64,000 nt of DNA from Felis catus (lineage: Eukaryota): positions 53,074,001 to 53,138,000 of the forward strand of contig NC_058368.1 in NCBI RefSeq assembly GCF_018350175.1, given 5' to 3'. A program made the translations under genes and the position numbers. Every line of letters begins with the position of its first letter. Within the stretch, counting starts at the first letter, position 1. The notes under the pieces are model-generated. The model made no database searches and was not told the origin of the DNA. It saw nothing but the letters and a program-made list of their open reading frames with translations. Shown here in pieces: positions 51,310 through 64,000 of the stretch.

Positions 51310-52880
51310 TCAAATATTTAGTAAGCACCTGCTACATTCTAGTCACTGTGGTCAGTGCTGGGAATACAAGGACAAACAGTTCCTGATTTTATAATGGTTA
51401 CAAACTAGTTGGAGACACAGAGGATGTTACAAATGATTACACTATGGTGTGGTAAGTGTATTGGACTATTTCTATGGCCTAAATGTTTATGTCACCCTTA
51501 AAATTCATATGTTGAAATCCTGATTCCCAAGGTGACAGTATCAGGAGGTGGTGCCTTGGGAAGTAATTAAGTCATGGAAACTCTTGTGAATGGGACTATT
51601 GCCCTTATAGAAAAGACCCCACAGAGATCCCCAGCACCTTCAGCTATGTTAAGACACTGAAAGACAGCCATCTATGAATCAGGAAGCCCTTACCAGACAT
51701 CAAATATGCCAATACCATGATCTTGGATTTCCTAGCCTCCAGAGCTATGAGAAATAAATGTTGTTTGTAACCCACCCAATCTGGGGCATTTTGTTACAGC
51801 AGCCCAGATGGACTCAGACAGATAGAGACAGTGTGATGTGTACATGAACATGAAGGAGAAATGACCAAGTCCTTACTAGACAATATCTAAAGAGAACAGG
51901 CTCTGGAGGGAGGGAGTAAGAGAGACCTAGGTTGAAATCCTAACCCCTCCATATAGAGGCTCCATCACTTTGGGAAAATTAAACTCTTTGGCCTCAGAGT
52001 CTTCCAGTGTAAGAACGGGAAGCCTCCACAGAGTTGTAGTGAAAGTAAAGAAGGATGATGTATTTGAAACACTTATCATAGTGCCTAGCACATGGTAAGC
52101 ATACACTAACTGTTTGCTATCATTATCACTGTCTTCATTGATATTATTGTTGGTGTTGCTTTTGTTAAGCAGAGACCTAAAGGATAAAGAACAGTAAGCT
52201 AGTCAACAAACAAGAAGAAACTATTCCAGTTAGGAAACAGTATGCAAAATCACAGAACCAAGAAAGAACATGGTGTGTTCAAGTAACTGAAAGAAGTTCA
52301 TTATGGCTGGAGTAAAAAACGAGGAGCATTGAGACAAAATGATTCTAAAGTAGCAAGCTTGAACCATCAGATTCCCATTGTCAAAATGTGTCTCATTACT
52401 AAGAGGGAGGTCCCATTAATGCTTCCCAAAACTAAAGAGATGTCACTGAAGGTGGAGAGTGATGGACTGCTTTGAAGAATATTTTAGAACTTGGGAATTA
52501 GAGATTGGGTGGGGAAAGAGGGTGAAGCAGTCAAGGATAACTCCAAATTTCTGGTTTGAACAAGGATAGTAGCATCATTCCTTGAGACAGGGAACACTGG
52601 AGGGAGAGAATCTCGGGAAAACATCTTAGGAGAGATGGTGGGTTCATTCTGATTGTATTGCGATGGGCGTGTCTAAGGGATCTCCAGGTGGGAACATCTA
52701 GTAGGTAGGTAGATATATAGGCTGGAAGCTCAAGAGAGATAGCTGTTTGAGAGTCATCAGAGAAAATAGATGATAATTAAAGCCAAGAGAGTACTTGAAA
52801 CCACCCAGAGAATATGTGCAGAGCAGGAAAAGCACCCTAAGTAGGCAATGAAAAGTAACACCATTTAAGAAACAGGTAGA
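51310..52880. mobile_element. L2 fragments with nested MLT1A and MIR
   Basis: caaatatttagtaagcacctgctacattctagtcactgtg; gtcaaggataactccaaatttctggtttga; ctggaagctcaagagag. Confidence 0.65.
51470..51820. mobile_element. MLT1A-like MaLR LTR inserted in an L2
   Basis: aatgtttatgtcacccttaaaattcatatgttgaaatcct...gttacagcagcccagatggactcagaca. Confidence 0.85.
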
Positions 52881-53703
52881 TTTTTTAAAAAAGACTACAG
52901 ATTATGTGAAGGAAGACACTTTCTAGAATACCATAATATCAGAAGAGTAATTTTCTTTTGTATACAAACCACATCTTTAAAGTAAATGAAGAGTACTCTT
53001 TCTGACAACTTTGTGGAAAGTTTCCACCCCTGTGAAATTACTTGCTAATATTTACAGAGTGTTTATCAGGTGTCAAACACTGTGCTAAATACCTTACACG
53101 GGCTTTTTCATTTGATCCTCACTGTTAGAAAAATGAAGACATTTTGGCTTAGTAAAAATACATAAATTGCCACAACCAGTAAGTCTTAGAGCTCAAATCC
53201 AAATCCAGGAATTTGACTGTAGAGGCCACACTCCTAATCAGTTACATAATTCAATAGCTGTCAATGTTAGGGTTGGATGGGACCTCCCAAGTCATCTAGC
53301 TCAAATCTCCAAGTCAGAGGAGTATCCCCTCTACTATAAATTCAGATAATTCAATTTATGATACAAACAAAATACCTCAAAAGACATCTCCTTTGTTGTT
53401 AAAGAAATCGGTTTCCTTGTCACACAAAATTGCCCCCATCTAGCTTCTACTCTTTGGAACCAGAAAGCAAAGGAAATTAGGTATGAAAAATGAAGCAAAC
53501 AATCATAAAAGCCACTACCAGGATATCAAAGCTTGATAAAATAGTACAAAAGGAAATACAGATAAAATTTTGACTTGTGATACAAATAAAAATTCTAAAT
53601 AAAATAGTAATTTAATTGGATCCACAAGAACCATGACAAGTAGGGTTAAGTCCAGGAATATACAAATGATTCAACAACATAATTGCATCAAAAAATTAAA
53701 TGA

Positions 53704-53890
53704 GGGGTGCCTGGGTGGCTCAGTCCGTCAAGTGTCTGACTCTTGATTTAGGCTCAGGTCATCATCTCATGGTTTGTGAGATCAAGTCCCCACATTGGAC
53801 TCTGTGCTGACAGCACAGAGCCTGCTTGAGATTCTCTCTCTGTCCCAACCCCACACTATTTCTGTCTCAAAATAAATAAACTTAAAAAAA
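53704..53890 (+). mobile_element. Can-SINE
   Basis: ggggtgcctgggtggctcag...aataaataaa. Confidence 0.92.
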
Positions 53891-53995
53891 TTAAAGGAGA
53901 AAACCCATATGATTACATTGATAGATTTTGAATAGATGCTTGAAAAAAATTAGCAATTATTTCATTAAGAATTTTCAATATGAAAGAAATAGAAG

Positions 53996-54378
53996 GTTGC
54001 TATTTGCAATAATGTGGGTGGAGCTGGAGTGCATTATGCTAAGCAAAATAAGTCAATCAGAGAAAGACAAATACCATATGATTTCACACATATGTGGAAT
54101 TTAAGAAATGAAACAGATAGATGAACATGGGGTGGGGGAAAGAGACAGGCAAACCATAAAACAGATTCTTAACTATCAATGCCAAACCGAGGGTTGCTGG
54201 AGGGGGAGGTGGCCAGGGAGATGGGTTAAATAGGTAATGGGTAGTAAGGAGGGGACCCATTTTGATAAGCACTGGGTATTGTATGTAAGTGATGAATCAC
54301 TAAATTCTACTACTGAAACTAATACTACATTATATGTTAACTAACTAGAATTTAAACAAAAACTTAAAGAAGAAAAAA
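53996..54378 (+). mobile_element. Carnivore L1 3' fragment
   Basis: ORF2 end (tatgctaagcaaaataagtcaatcagagaaagacaaatacc) + 3'UTR; aaatagaag flanks both sides. Confidence 0.88.
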
Positions 54379-54506
54379 ATAAAATAGAAGCACATACATT
54401 GAACTTCCAATGATATTAAAACTAGGTGAATTTGATAATACATGGAAAACACTATTAAAACATATTAAAAAATTTTAAAACACTTGCATATTAAAAAATA
54501 ATAATA

Positions 54507-54720
54507 GGGGTGCCTGCCTGGGTGGCTCAGTCCGTTAAGCGTCCAACTTCAGCTCAGGTCATGATCTCCCGGTTTGTGGGTTTGAGCCCCGCGTCAGGCT
54601 CTGTGCTGACAGCATAGATCCTGGAGCAATTCTGTCTCCCTCTCTCTCTGCCCCTCCCCTGCTCATGCTCTGTCTCTCTCTCTCTCCTTCAAAAATAAAT
54701 TTAAAAAAAACATTAAAAAT
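54507..54720 (+). mobile_element. Can-SINE
   Basis: Typical; small gcct duplication in head. Confidence 0.92.
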
Positions 54721-54749
54721 TTTTAAAATAATAATAATAATAAAAATAA

Positions 54750-54965
54750 GGGTGACTCGGTGGCTCAGTCTGTTAGGCGTCCAACTCTTGATTTCCACTC
54801 AGGTCATGATCTCACAGTTTATGGGTTCAAGCCCTACATTGGGCTCTGTGTTGACAGTGTGGAGCCTGCTTAGGACTCTCTCTCCCTCTTTCAGCCCCTC
54901 CCCTGCTCATGCTCTGTCTCTCTCTCTTTCTCTCTCTCTCAAAATAAATAAATAAACATTAAATT
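54750..54965 (+). mobile_element. Can-SINE, tandem to the preceding copy
   Basis: Typical head, (CT)n, tail. Confidence 0.92.
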
Positions 54966-55392
54966 TTTTTAAATAATGATAATAAAATAAATAGAAGGAA
55001 ATTACTTAAATGTGATACAGACTATTATTATAAAAGCCAGTACAAAAATCATAATAAATGGCTATATGTTTAAATCATTTTTACCAAAATTAACAATAAG
55101 ACAGAGATGATACCAACCTCTGCCAGATTTCACATTGTTTAGAAGATTTTTCACGTACTCAACAAAATAAAAAATATCAAATAATTAGTATAAATATTAG
55201 AAAAGAAACAATAAAATTTCATTACTGGGCCCATGAAACTGTAGTATTAAGCTATAATAATATGAGAATTGGGGAATCTGTTTTGATGCAGGATAAATAC
55301 ACTAAAATCAATTGTTTTGGTCCACACTACCAGTCACTAATTATCACTTGAAATAGTAGAGTATTCCTTTCATGATTGCAATAAAAAATATA

Positions 55393-55595
55393 GGGGTGCC
55401 TAGGTGGCTCAGTCCTTTAAGCATCATACTTCAGCTCAGGTCATGATCTCTCAGTTCATGGGTTTGAGTCCCATGTCGAGCTCCATGCTGACAGCTCAGA
55501 GCCTGAAGCTTGCTTCGAATTCTGTGTCTCCCTCTCTCTGCCCTTCCCCTACTGGCTCTCTCTCTCTCTCTCTCTCAAAAATAAACAAAACAATA
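55393..55595 (+). mobile_element. Can-SINE
   Basis: Typical; gcaataaaa flanks both sides. Confidence 0.92.
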
Positions 55596-56381
55596 TTTTT
55601 AATAGCAATAAAAACTATAACTTACCTAAGAATCAAACAAGAAAGATAAATGACCAAAATGCAGAAAGCTACAACAGACCTTATTAAAAGATATAAGAAA
55701 ATAACTGAGTAGAAAGACAGACCGTGTTCTTGGGGTGGGAAGACTTGGTCTCATAATGTGGTCAGTCCTTACCAAATTTAATGCAACTTCGATTGCAATT
55801 TGTTTTCTAAGAACTGAGAGAAATTACTTTATACAAAAAGTAAATGATACAGCAATAAAAAGCAATAAAATCTCTACTATAAAATCATTATTAAAATAAA
55901 ATATGCTGTACCTATCAAAACTATAAAATGTATTAAAAACTATTATAATCAAAAAAGTATAAATTTGCACAAGGATAAAATATAAAAGTGAAAGTAGAGA
56001 GTCAAGAAATATATCTAAGGTCACTATAAGAATTTTATGTAATACAAAATTGGCATTTTCATTCACTGGGGGAAAGGGCAAGGCTTTTTGGTGCTGATGT
56101 TAATCTGAAACTAACTTAGAGTCCAATTCATATACAAAAATAAATTTCATATGAATTAAGATCATGTAAAAAGTAAAATTATACTAAATTAAAACAATTT
56201 TTTTATAACCTTGGAATGATAGAGAACTTCTTAAGCAAGACAAAACCTAGAAGCCATAAAGGAAGAGAAACATCATTTGCTTACATCTTTTTTTGTAATT
56301 ATGTGACCAGAGATATCATCAACAAAAAGCCAAAATACAGACTAGAGAAAAACATTTGTAATTCGTAACACAGATAATGGG

Positions 56382-57018
56382 TGCAGTGGGCATCTATCAT
56401 TTGTGGTGCCTAAATTCTTTTGACTGTTTACCTTACATTTTGATGGCTTACCATGTTATGAACCCATCTTCAGAAACCCTACTTTCCTAGCCCCACGGCA
56501 GTGGGCCACAGCCATGTCAGCTGGTGCAGCTTGCCTGAGTCTTAAGATCCCAAACCAAACCACCTGAGAGTTTAAAAGATTTTGTGGGAAATGGCTACAG
56601 CAGAGGCCACAGCTGTAGTAATCAAGGTTCTCCTCAGGCCCGTTCTTTTTTTTTTTTTTAATGTTTTTTATTTTATTTTTGAGACAGAGAGGGACAGAGC
56701 ATGAGCAGGGGAGGGTTAGAGAGAGAGGGAGATACAGAATCTGAAGCAGGCTCCAGGCTCTGAGCTGTCAGCACAGAGCCCAACGCGGGGCTCGAACTCA
56801 CAGACGGTGAGATCATGACCTGAGCCGAAGTCAGAAGCTCAACCGACTGAGCCACCCAGGTGCCCCTCAGGCCCGTTCTTTAATGCCTATGTTGCGTGTT
56901 GTTCCTGGGAACTCGGGCTCAAGCCTGTTTCTCAAGCCCTTCCACTGATTCTGGGAACTTACTCAATATCCTTCAACAAATTACTGACTGCCTGCACTAA
57001 CCAGTTTCCATTGTTATC
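56382..57018. mobile_element. Old ERVL-type LTR (LTR33/LTR16-like)
   Basis: tg...ca-bounded GC-richer insert interrupting the A-rich L1; ends aatatccttcaacaaatt...ccagtttccattgtt. Confidence 0.45.
56649..56866 (-). mobile_element. Can-SINE inserted in an LTR
   Basis: TSD cctcaggcccgttcttt at 56632-56648 and 56865-56881. Confidence 0.95.
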
Positions 57019-58006
57019 AGGTGAAAGCCCTAACTAATGCAAAAGGTTAATATCCCTGATACAGGAAGAAGTTTCTACAAATTGATTAAAAAGAAAAGAC
57101 AACTCAGACATACATGGGAGAAGGACATAAATAGGAAACTTGTGTAAGTAAATAAATAAATACATACATACAGACAGACAGACATACAGACAGACATACC
57201 TAGCACATGTCCTCATGAATGCTGAGGACATTCAAATTTAAACAACGGGATAGACACCTCCTTTTTACCCATTATATTGGCAAAAATCACAAAGAACAAT
57301 AGGATCCTGTGTTGATGAAGTCACCCTCATACATTGCTGATAAGTATTTCCATATCCTTGCAACAATCTGGCCATTGTTATAAAGATATCCTAGACAGGG
57401 GGATTTATTCTTGAGAAATAAAAGGTGTAGTACATAGGACATATGTAGAAAGATGTTTGTTGCAAGATTTTCTTGTAATCTCACAAAGCTACTAGATTGC
57501 CTACCGATAGAGAAATAGTTGAATGAACTTGGCTTTATCCATTATGGAGTTTTATGTTACTTGTATCATCAAGTTTACAACAACAAAAATCTACTAATGT
57601 GTTCGAATACATATGCTAGGATGCATAATAAGTTGATTAGTATGAGCACAGAGAGAAGTGCAATTCAGAATGACCAAAATGTAGGGCAGGTGACCAAGGT
57701 GAGGAGGAAGGGGTGGAAAAGGGGGAGAGAAGGTGAGAAAAGGTACATCCCATTCAGTGGAATTCACATGCTATAATCATAACTGATAGTGTAAGAAAAC
57801 AGAAACAAGAAATTGAAAACATTAGCAATTTGTGTTGGGGTTTTCTAATATTGTAATGGGGTCCTATAAAGTTATCAAAGAAAAAGCAATTATACAATAA
57901 TCTGTATAGTGTGATCTCATTTGGGGGAAACAGTATATGTAATACCACCTTCTCTAGTTACCACAGAAAATTATTATTATCTGGAGTGCATAATGAGGAG
58001 TTTATT

Positions 58007-58740
58007 GTTTTTAGTATTTAAGCATAGTTGACACACAATGTTACCTTAGTTTCAAGTGTACAACATAGTGAATCAACAACTCGACATGCTATGCCATGTT
58101 CCCCACAGGGGTGGTTACCATCTGTCACCAGACATCGCTATTACAATACCATTGACTATGTTCCTTATGCTGTACCTCCTATCCTCATGGTTTATTCATT
58201 CCATAACTGGAAGCCTATATCCTCCACACCCTTTCACCTATTTTGTCCATCCCCCACCCTCTCCCCTCTGACAACTATCAGTTTGTTCTCTGTAATTATA
58301 GGTCTGAATCTGCTTTTTTGTTCATCTATTCATTTATTTTGTCTTTTAGATTCCATATACAAGTGAAATCATATGGTATTTGTCTTTCTTTAACTTACTT
58401 AGCATAATACCCTCTAGGTCCATCCATGCTGTCTCAGATAGCAAGATCCCATCCTTTTATATGGCTGAGCAATATTCCCTTGCATATATATACATTTCCC
58501 ATCTTCTTTACCCATTCATGTATCAATGAACACTTGGGTTGCTTCCATATCTTGGCTATTGTAAATAATGCTACAATAAGCATGGGGGTACATATATCTT
58601 TTCAAATTAGCGTTTTCATTTTCTCTGGGTAAATAGCCAGGAATGGTATACTGGATCATATGTTTCTGTCTTTTGAGGAACTCACATACTGCTTTTCACC
58701 ATAGCTGTTCCAATTTACATTCCTACTAACAGAGCATGTG
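58007..58740 (-). mobile_element. L1 3' part (L1MA9/carnivore type), antisense
   Basis: Antisense ORF2 end and 3'UTR; TSD-like aatgaggagtttatt (57992-58006) / aatgaggaacttatt (58747-58761). Confidence 0.85.
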
Positions 58741-60576
58741 GGTGGAAATGAGGAACTTATTCATCTTTGCTTTCTCCATCTCTGCATTGTTAGATGGGGT
58801 ACAAAAATCAAATAATGCTTTTGTAATTTTTTTAATCTAGAAAAATGAAAAGGAAAAGAGAAGAAGGAGGCCAGAAAAGATGGAAGGAAGGAGAGATAGA
58901 ATAGGATGGCAGGTGAAGGGGAAGATTCTAAACTGAAGATGGAAACTTCACGTTAGTGTTATTCTGTCTACGTAGACTTTCCTAACCAAGGTGGACCAGA
59001 TAACTCTCCTGTGTGTTCCTATAACGTTCTGTACTCACCACTTCTGTTTCAAGGAGAACATTACACGAGAAGGGCTTTCCCACTTCTCTATATTCCCTCG
59101 AATGCATAGAGCTCTACCTTATGCACCCCCACATCTCCTGAACTAAGCACGGTTCCTGTCACAAAATAAATGCTGAATATTTTTAGCAGAGATGGTAATA
59201 TATTTAAAGTACTAGAGGCAAACAATAAGCAGCCAAGAAATGTTCATCACCCTTTGTTCTCTAAATGGTCTCTCATATTTATAAAGACTATTTTTATAAA
59301 ATCCAATACCTTTATTGCTCAAAATAACTTTTATTTATCCTTCAATTTTACCTGAATGAAAATAAGATCTATTTAAAACCAAATGTTATGAGGCTAATCA
59401 AAGCATCTGAGTAAAATTATATTCAAATGGGCAAAAACGTATTCTATTTTCCAAGTGCTTAGAAAGAACACAATGTGTACATGAAATGAGTAGAACAGAA
59501 TTTGGCCTCTCCCAGGCACTCAGTGAGTGTTTAATCTGAATCTAAAACACAGCAGATTGCATGTGTAGTTTAGCTTGAGCGGCGCACACAGTGGACACAC
59601 TTTGGGAGTCTCCTGATTAGGGTTGGCAATGTTAATGCAGCATAAATAGCACTCAGTCGCTAAAGGGATGTCAGAGAAGTTGAGGACTTTTAAAAGCTAA
59701 AAGAATTCCTATGACTTTGCAATGTAATTAAAACAATAAAATTTTCCAAGTATGGATTTTAAAGTTCTGTGGAAACTCGAGGAAACTGCAGAGAGGAGGC
59801 CCATCTCACAGTTCCCTTACCAAAGGAATTTTCTCCTTTGCACTGAAATGAGCTGCTGGTGAACAAAAGAAATTAAAACAAATCTGCTTTTGAAAGAACA
59901 TAAGCCTAACAGTTATCAGTAAAGTAACAATAATAGTAACAATAATATGAGCTATAATTTCAAGACACCAAGATTTTAAGAAGATACCAAATGCTTTGCA
60001 AGGCTGCAAGCCAATCTTATCCCAGCACAAGCTGCCTTTGAAACTCATGACTTATGAGTGAGGAATTCACACAGGGATTTGGTTCAATGGGAAATAGCAA
60101 GTGGGTGAATGGATGGATGTGACTGAAAGTCACATTCCTAACTTGTGTGTCATCTGTGAAGCAACAGAAGAGGAAAGTCCAATGACAGGTGGAAGAAGCA
60201 GGGTAGATGAAAGCAGCCCATTGTTTAAAGTTGGACAGCACAATGTTTTACCACACCTACTTCTACCCAAGAAGGTAATGAACATGGTTCATGGCCAGGT
60301 CATGACACATTTCCTTGTCAATGATACCTTAAAACCAGACAACATTTCTTTTGCAAAACTTCAATATGACACTACCTCTAGGTAATTTCATATACACTGA
60401 GTTTTGTCACAGCTTGCTCACCATCTTGATCAAACACAAGACTTAAATAAGGTATAATAAAATAATTAAGATGAAGGTAGTGAATGAATGCTGTTGATTT
60501 CCTTCATTCCAAAATTGGATCCATGAACTGAATGCTTTTCCCCATCAAATTGTACCATGTTGAAAGTCGAAGTGAG

Positions 60577-60799
60577 GGGCGCCTGGGTGGCGCAGTCAGT
60601 TAAGCGTCCGACTTCAGCCAGGTCACGATCTCATGGTCCGTGAGTTCGAGCCCCGCGTCAGGCTCTGGGCTGATGGCTCAGAGCCTGGAGCCTGTTTCCG
60701 ATTCTGTGTCTCCCTCTCTCTCTGCCCCTCCCCCGTTCATGCTCTGTCTCTCTCTGTCCCAAAAATAAATAAACGTTGAAAAAAAAATTTTTTTAAAAA
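60577..60799 (+). mobile_element. Young felid Can-SINE (SINEC_Fc-like)
   Basis: CpG-rich; perfect TSD gaaagtcgaagtgag at 60562-60576 and 60800-60814. Confidence 0.96.
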
Positions 60800-61568
60800 G
60801 AAAGTCGAAGTGAGATGCGATCAGTACCCACATAGCTTCTAAGTGCTTTGATAAGGCTTTACCAATGCCATTTATTTTTCTTAGAATGAAGCCATTACTT
60901 TAGCAATGCAGAAAGCATCATTTCATTCCAGTATCATACACACACAAATTGAAATAAAACTTGGTTCCTCTTCTTCCAGAATTTGCAAACATGACGTTGT
61001 CAAACGGGAGGAGGCAGCTACCTGCTTTCAGGAGTTGCAAATCTTCTGTGCTCAGGCAGGCCACGTGATGTCTCCCATTTATTTATGTTTTTCCCTAATT
61101 AAAGGATGCCCCTTTCTGCTGCAATAGATAGTTTAGATTTTTTAATATTGTTAGTGTTGAGAGATAAACACTTTGGTACATATTGGAGAGTAATAAATTG
61201 TGTTGAACATTGATAAACTAACGCAATTACCAGCAAGGTCAGAGAGTCAGCTAATTTAGAAATATCAGTTCTAGGATTTTGAGTTGTCCCCTGGAGAGCT
61301 GCAGCCACTTTATTACAGCAGGGGGGTGAGGAGAAAATGGTACATTACGATTGATCTTTTGATCTAATTGTGGAACTCTGCCATTCCTCGTTTGACCAAA
61401 AATGCTTACCTAGCAAGAGAAAACATAGCACAACTAATTGAGGACTATCCCTTATACACCAGACAAAGTAACAGAATTCTGGGAAGTAAGGGACAAATCG
61501 TACTTGATATTATTGGCACGAGCTTGTTGTCACTGACATGCATATTTGAGTCTCTTTTTTGCAATGTC

Positions 61569-61786
61569 TTTTTTTTTAATGTTTATTTATTTTTGACAGA
61601 GAGAGACAGAGACAGAGCATGAGTAGGAGAGGGGCAGAGAGAGAGAAGGAGACACAGAATCCGAAGCAGGCTCCAGGCTCTGAGCTGTCAGCACAGAGCC
61701 CAACGAGGGGCCCGAACTCATGGACTACGAGATCATGACCTGAGCCAAAATCAGACGCTCAACCAACTGAGCCACCCAGGTGCCTC
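61569..61786 (-). mobile_element. Can-SINE
   Basis: TSD tgcaatgtctttt. Confidence 0.94.
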
Positions 61787-63655
61787 TGCAATGTCTTTTA
61801 AATCATAATTCCAAATCTAATTCGATAGTTCCAACCAGTTTAGGGGGGAAAAAATTCATTTTTGCATCCATCACCCGTGCTGGTAAAATTGTAACAAAAC
61901 TTATATGAATGAAATGTTCGGTGCCCTTCTTTCAATACGGACTTAAATCAGCTGTAAATGTACTAGTTTTCAAAAGATTTTCAGTCCCGGGAAAAGTTTG
62001 ACTGCCCTTATGTATTCATCAATATTTCTCGCTTTGTCTATCAATGTGCACTGCCTAACATACCTAAAGATAATTTATTCTAGAATATATAAATTCATTC
62101 TAGAACTGTAAGTCTAATTTCCTATTTTCATTAATATTGTTACTCTTAACATGATTTGGTTTGACTAACCCAGTATCTATCAGGTCCTGGGCCTTTAGGA
62201 ATAGGGCAATTTGACTTATTGTGTTAAGGTCAAACTGTGAATGTCCTGATTTGAGGGCCTAAATAGAGTTCAATTGAAATAAGATTCCTGTTTCGCTGGC
62301 AGGCACATCATAGACACCATCAAATTGTATTATTTGGGAAAGCTATTTCAAATGTAGTCTCTTTTAATATGTGATCCCAAGGAGTTTCTTGGGAAGCACT
62401 GAAAAATGATTAAAGGGTATATATGCAGCATCCTGGGAAGGCATGGAATTGGGCAGCATTTTGAAAGCTGACATTTTCAAACAGGGCAATAACCAAAGTA
62501 TCTTAAAACACAGCCCTAGTATTTGCACACAAGCCTATAAATGATTTTCAACTTGCAAATTCTAATAATATAATAAGGTTGGGTTGTATCTGAAAACTTT
62601 CCCCTTAGGTGTTATATTTCCCAAACAAAAACCCTTTAATACATGACTTTCTGTTCAAATGGTTATAAGACAACCAGAAATACAAGTAAAAGTAGTGATA
62701 TTGTTTACTACAATTCCAATTTCAAGTGGAATCAAGTTTTCTGAATGGTAAGGTAATTAACAGGAAGGAAAATTTTCTAAGAAGCTGAGTGGCGGGAAAA
62801 GGCATCGCTGTTAAGTGATCATAGATGATACTTTCAGTTCTTTGCCAAGGTTCAACTCTGTGCCTGGACTTTTCAAACCCTCGAACGTGTCTTGCAAAAT
62901 CCAGAGCCTTTCCAACTTCATTAAGTTTCCCTTCTACACCCTCCACTGCTGTGAATTTAACTCTATTATTGAGTACTTAAAGCCCACGGAAGGATGTTAA
63001 TATTTTAAAAACAGGGTCCTGAGAATACAGCTCGAATGTTTACAATTCTGTTCTGTGGCAGCAGATTGTACTAATGTACGTAGCAAATAAGCGATGTCAG
63101 ATTGATGCAGGCGGCCCAGCTGTCTGCCCTTTGTCTGTAGGTTTAATTCCCAGAAAGGGACTGGGGTAATCCCTTTGTGATACAATCAGCTCTAGGGGTT
63201 TAGCAACTTATATTACATTATTGAAAGGATGAGGAGCTGATGATGGCTGATAACATGAAGATTGCATTAGGCAGAATATTAACCCAAACACCACTGAGCT
63301 GCTGAGCCACTTCTATTGCTAGAACATTATACACAGTTTTTGTTTTTCAAAAACAAGTTGAATTTCTCTTTGGACAAGTCTAAAGTAGCTTGGCTAGGAA
63401 GGGAGTCCATATTTAGACTCTGTGAAGATGAGTTATCTTCCATAAAGAAGATAACTTGCACAGAAAACGGGTAACAGAAAAAATTTGGAATAGAGAGTAC
63501 ATTTACATAATGTATTATATATTATATAAATTACATGTATCATACATATATATTATATACACATACTATAATAAAATACAATGTTATTTTGTAAAGTAGT
63601 CACATAAACCAATAGATTTGCCATAAATGATATTATGATTTAAAATACACATTGT

Positions 63656-63858
63656 GGGGGCACCTGGGTGGCTCAGTCAGGTAAGAGTCTAACTCAGCTC
63701 ACTATTCGTGAGTTCAAGCCCCACTTTGGGCACTGTGCTGACGGCTCAGAGCCTGGAACCTGCTTCGGATTCTGTGTCTCCCTCTCTCTCTGCTCCTCCC
63801 ACTGCTCACATTCTGTCTCTCTCTCTCTCGAAAATAAATAAACATAAAAAAAAATTAA
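63656..63858 (+). mobile_element. Can-SINE
   Basis: TSD atacacattgtg. Confidence 0.93.
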
Positions 63859-64000
63859 GATACACATTGTGAAAGTATTTCCACCAAGTTACAACTTTGT
63901 CAATTATACTTCAATAAAGTTGGAATAAAATAAAATACTGGCTGCCTTTAATTTTGTAAATTTGAAACAAACTTCACTTCTTTTGAGACTGACATCATGA

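Larger units (their letters stand above)
53480..57950 (+). mobile_element. Ancient L1M ORF2/3'UTR remnant, fragmented by SINEs, an L1 and an LTR
   Basis: Collinear degenerate RT-region matches (ccatgacaagtaggg, aaacccatatgattacattgataga, aataagacagagatg, agaaagacagaccgtgttcttgg). Confidence 0.6.

Noticed and set aside
63431..63456. 10-bp perfect hairpin agttatcttc-cataaa-gaagataact
   Set aside because: About one such hairpin is expected by chance in 64 kb of AT-rich DNA

Overview
Mammalian nuclear DNA from a feliform carnivore, most likely a felid. It carries about 27 tRNA-derived Can-SINEs with (CT)n linkers and felid-type LINE-1. No host protein-coding exon could be recognised: all long ORFs are LINE-1 ORF1/ORF2 pieces, SINE read-throughs or low-complexity artefacts. 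Main elements: (1) a full-length but inactivated felid L1 (23532-29446) nested in an L1MC-like element, itself nested in an older L1; (2) a 5'-inverted (twin-primed) felid L1 with a perfect 15-bp TSD (47928-49150); (3) many older repeats (L1M, L2, MIR, MLT1, hAT/Charlie); (4) a repeat-free block at about 8.7-12.5 kb, dense in MEIS (TGACAG) sites with two PBX-HOX (TGATGGAT) sites and a small CpG-rich promoter-like module, suggesting developmental enhancers. Strong + strand bias of L1s hints at an intron of a minus-strand transcript. I found no convincing novel biological system; the best leads are the regulatory block, the insertion architectures and several palindrome/template-switch signatures. 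Repeat family names come from recalled consensus similarity, and boundaries of old repeats are approximate.
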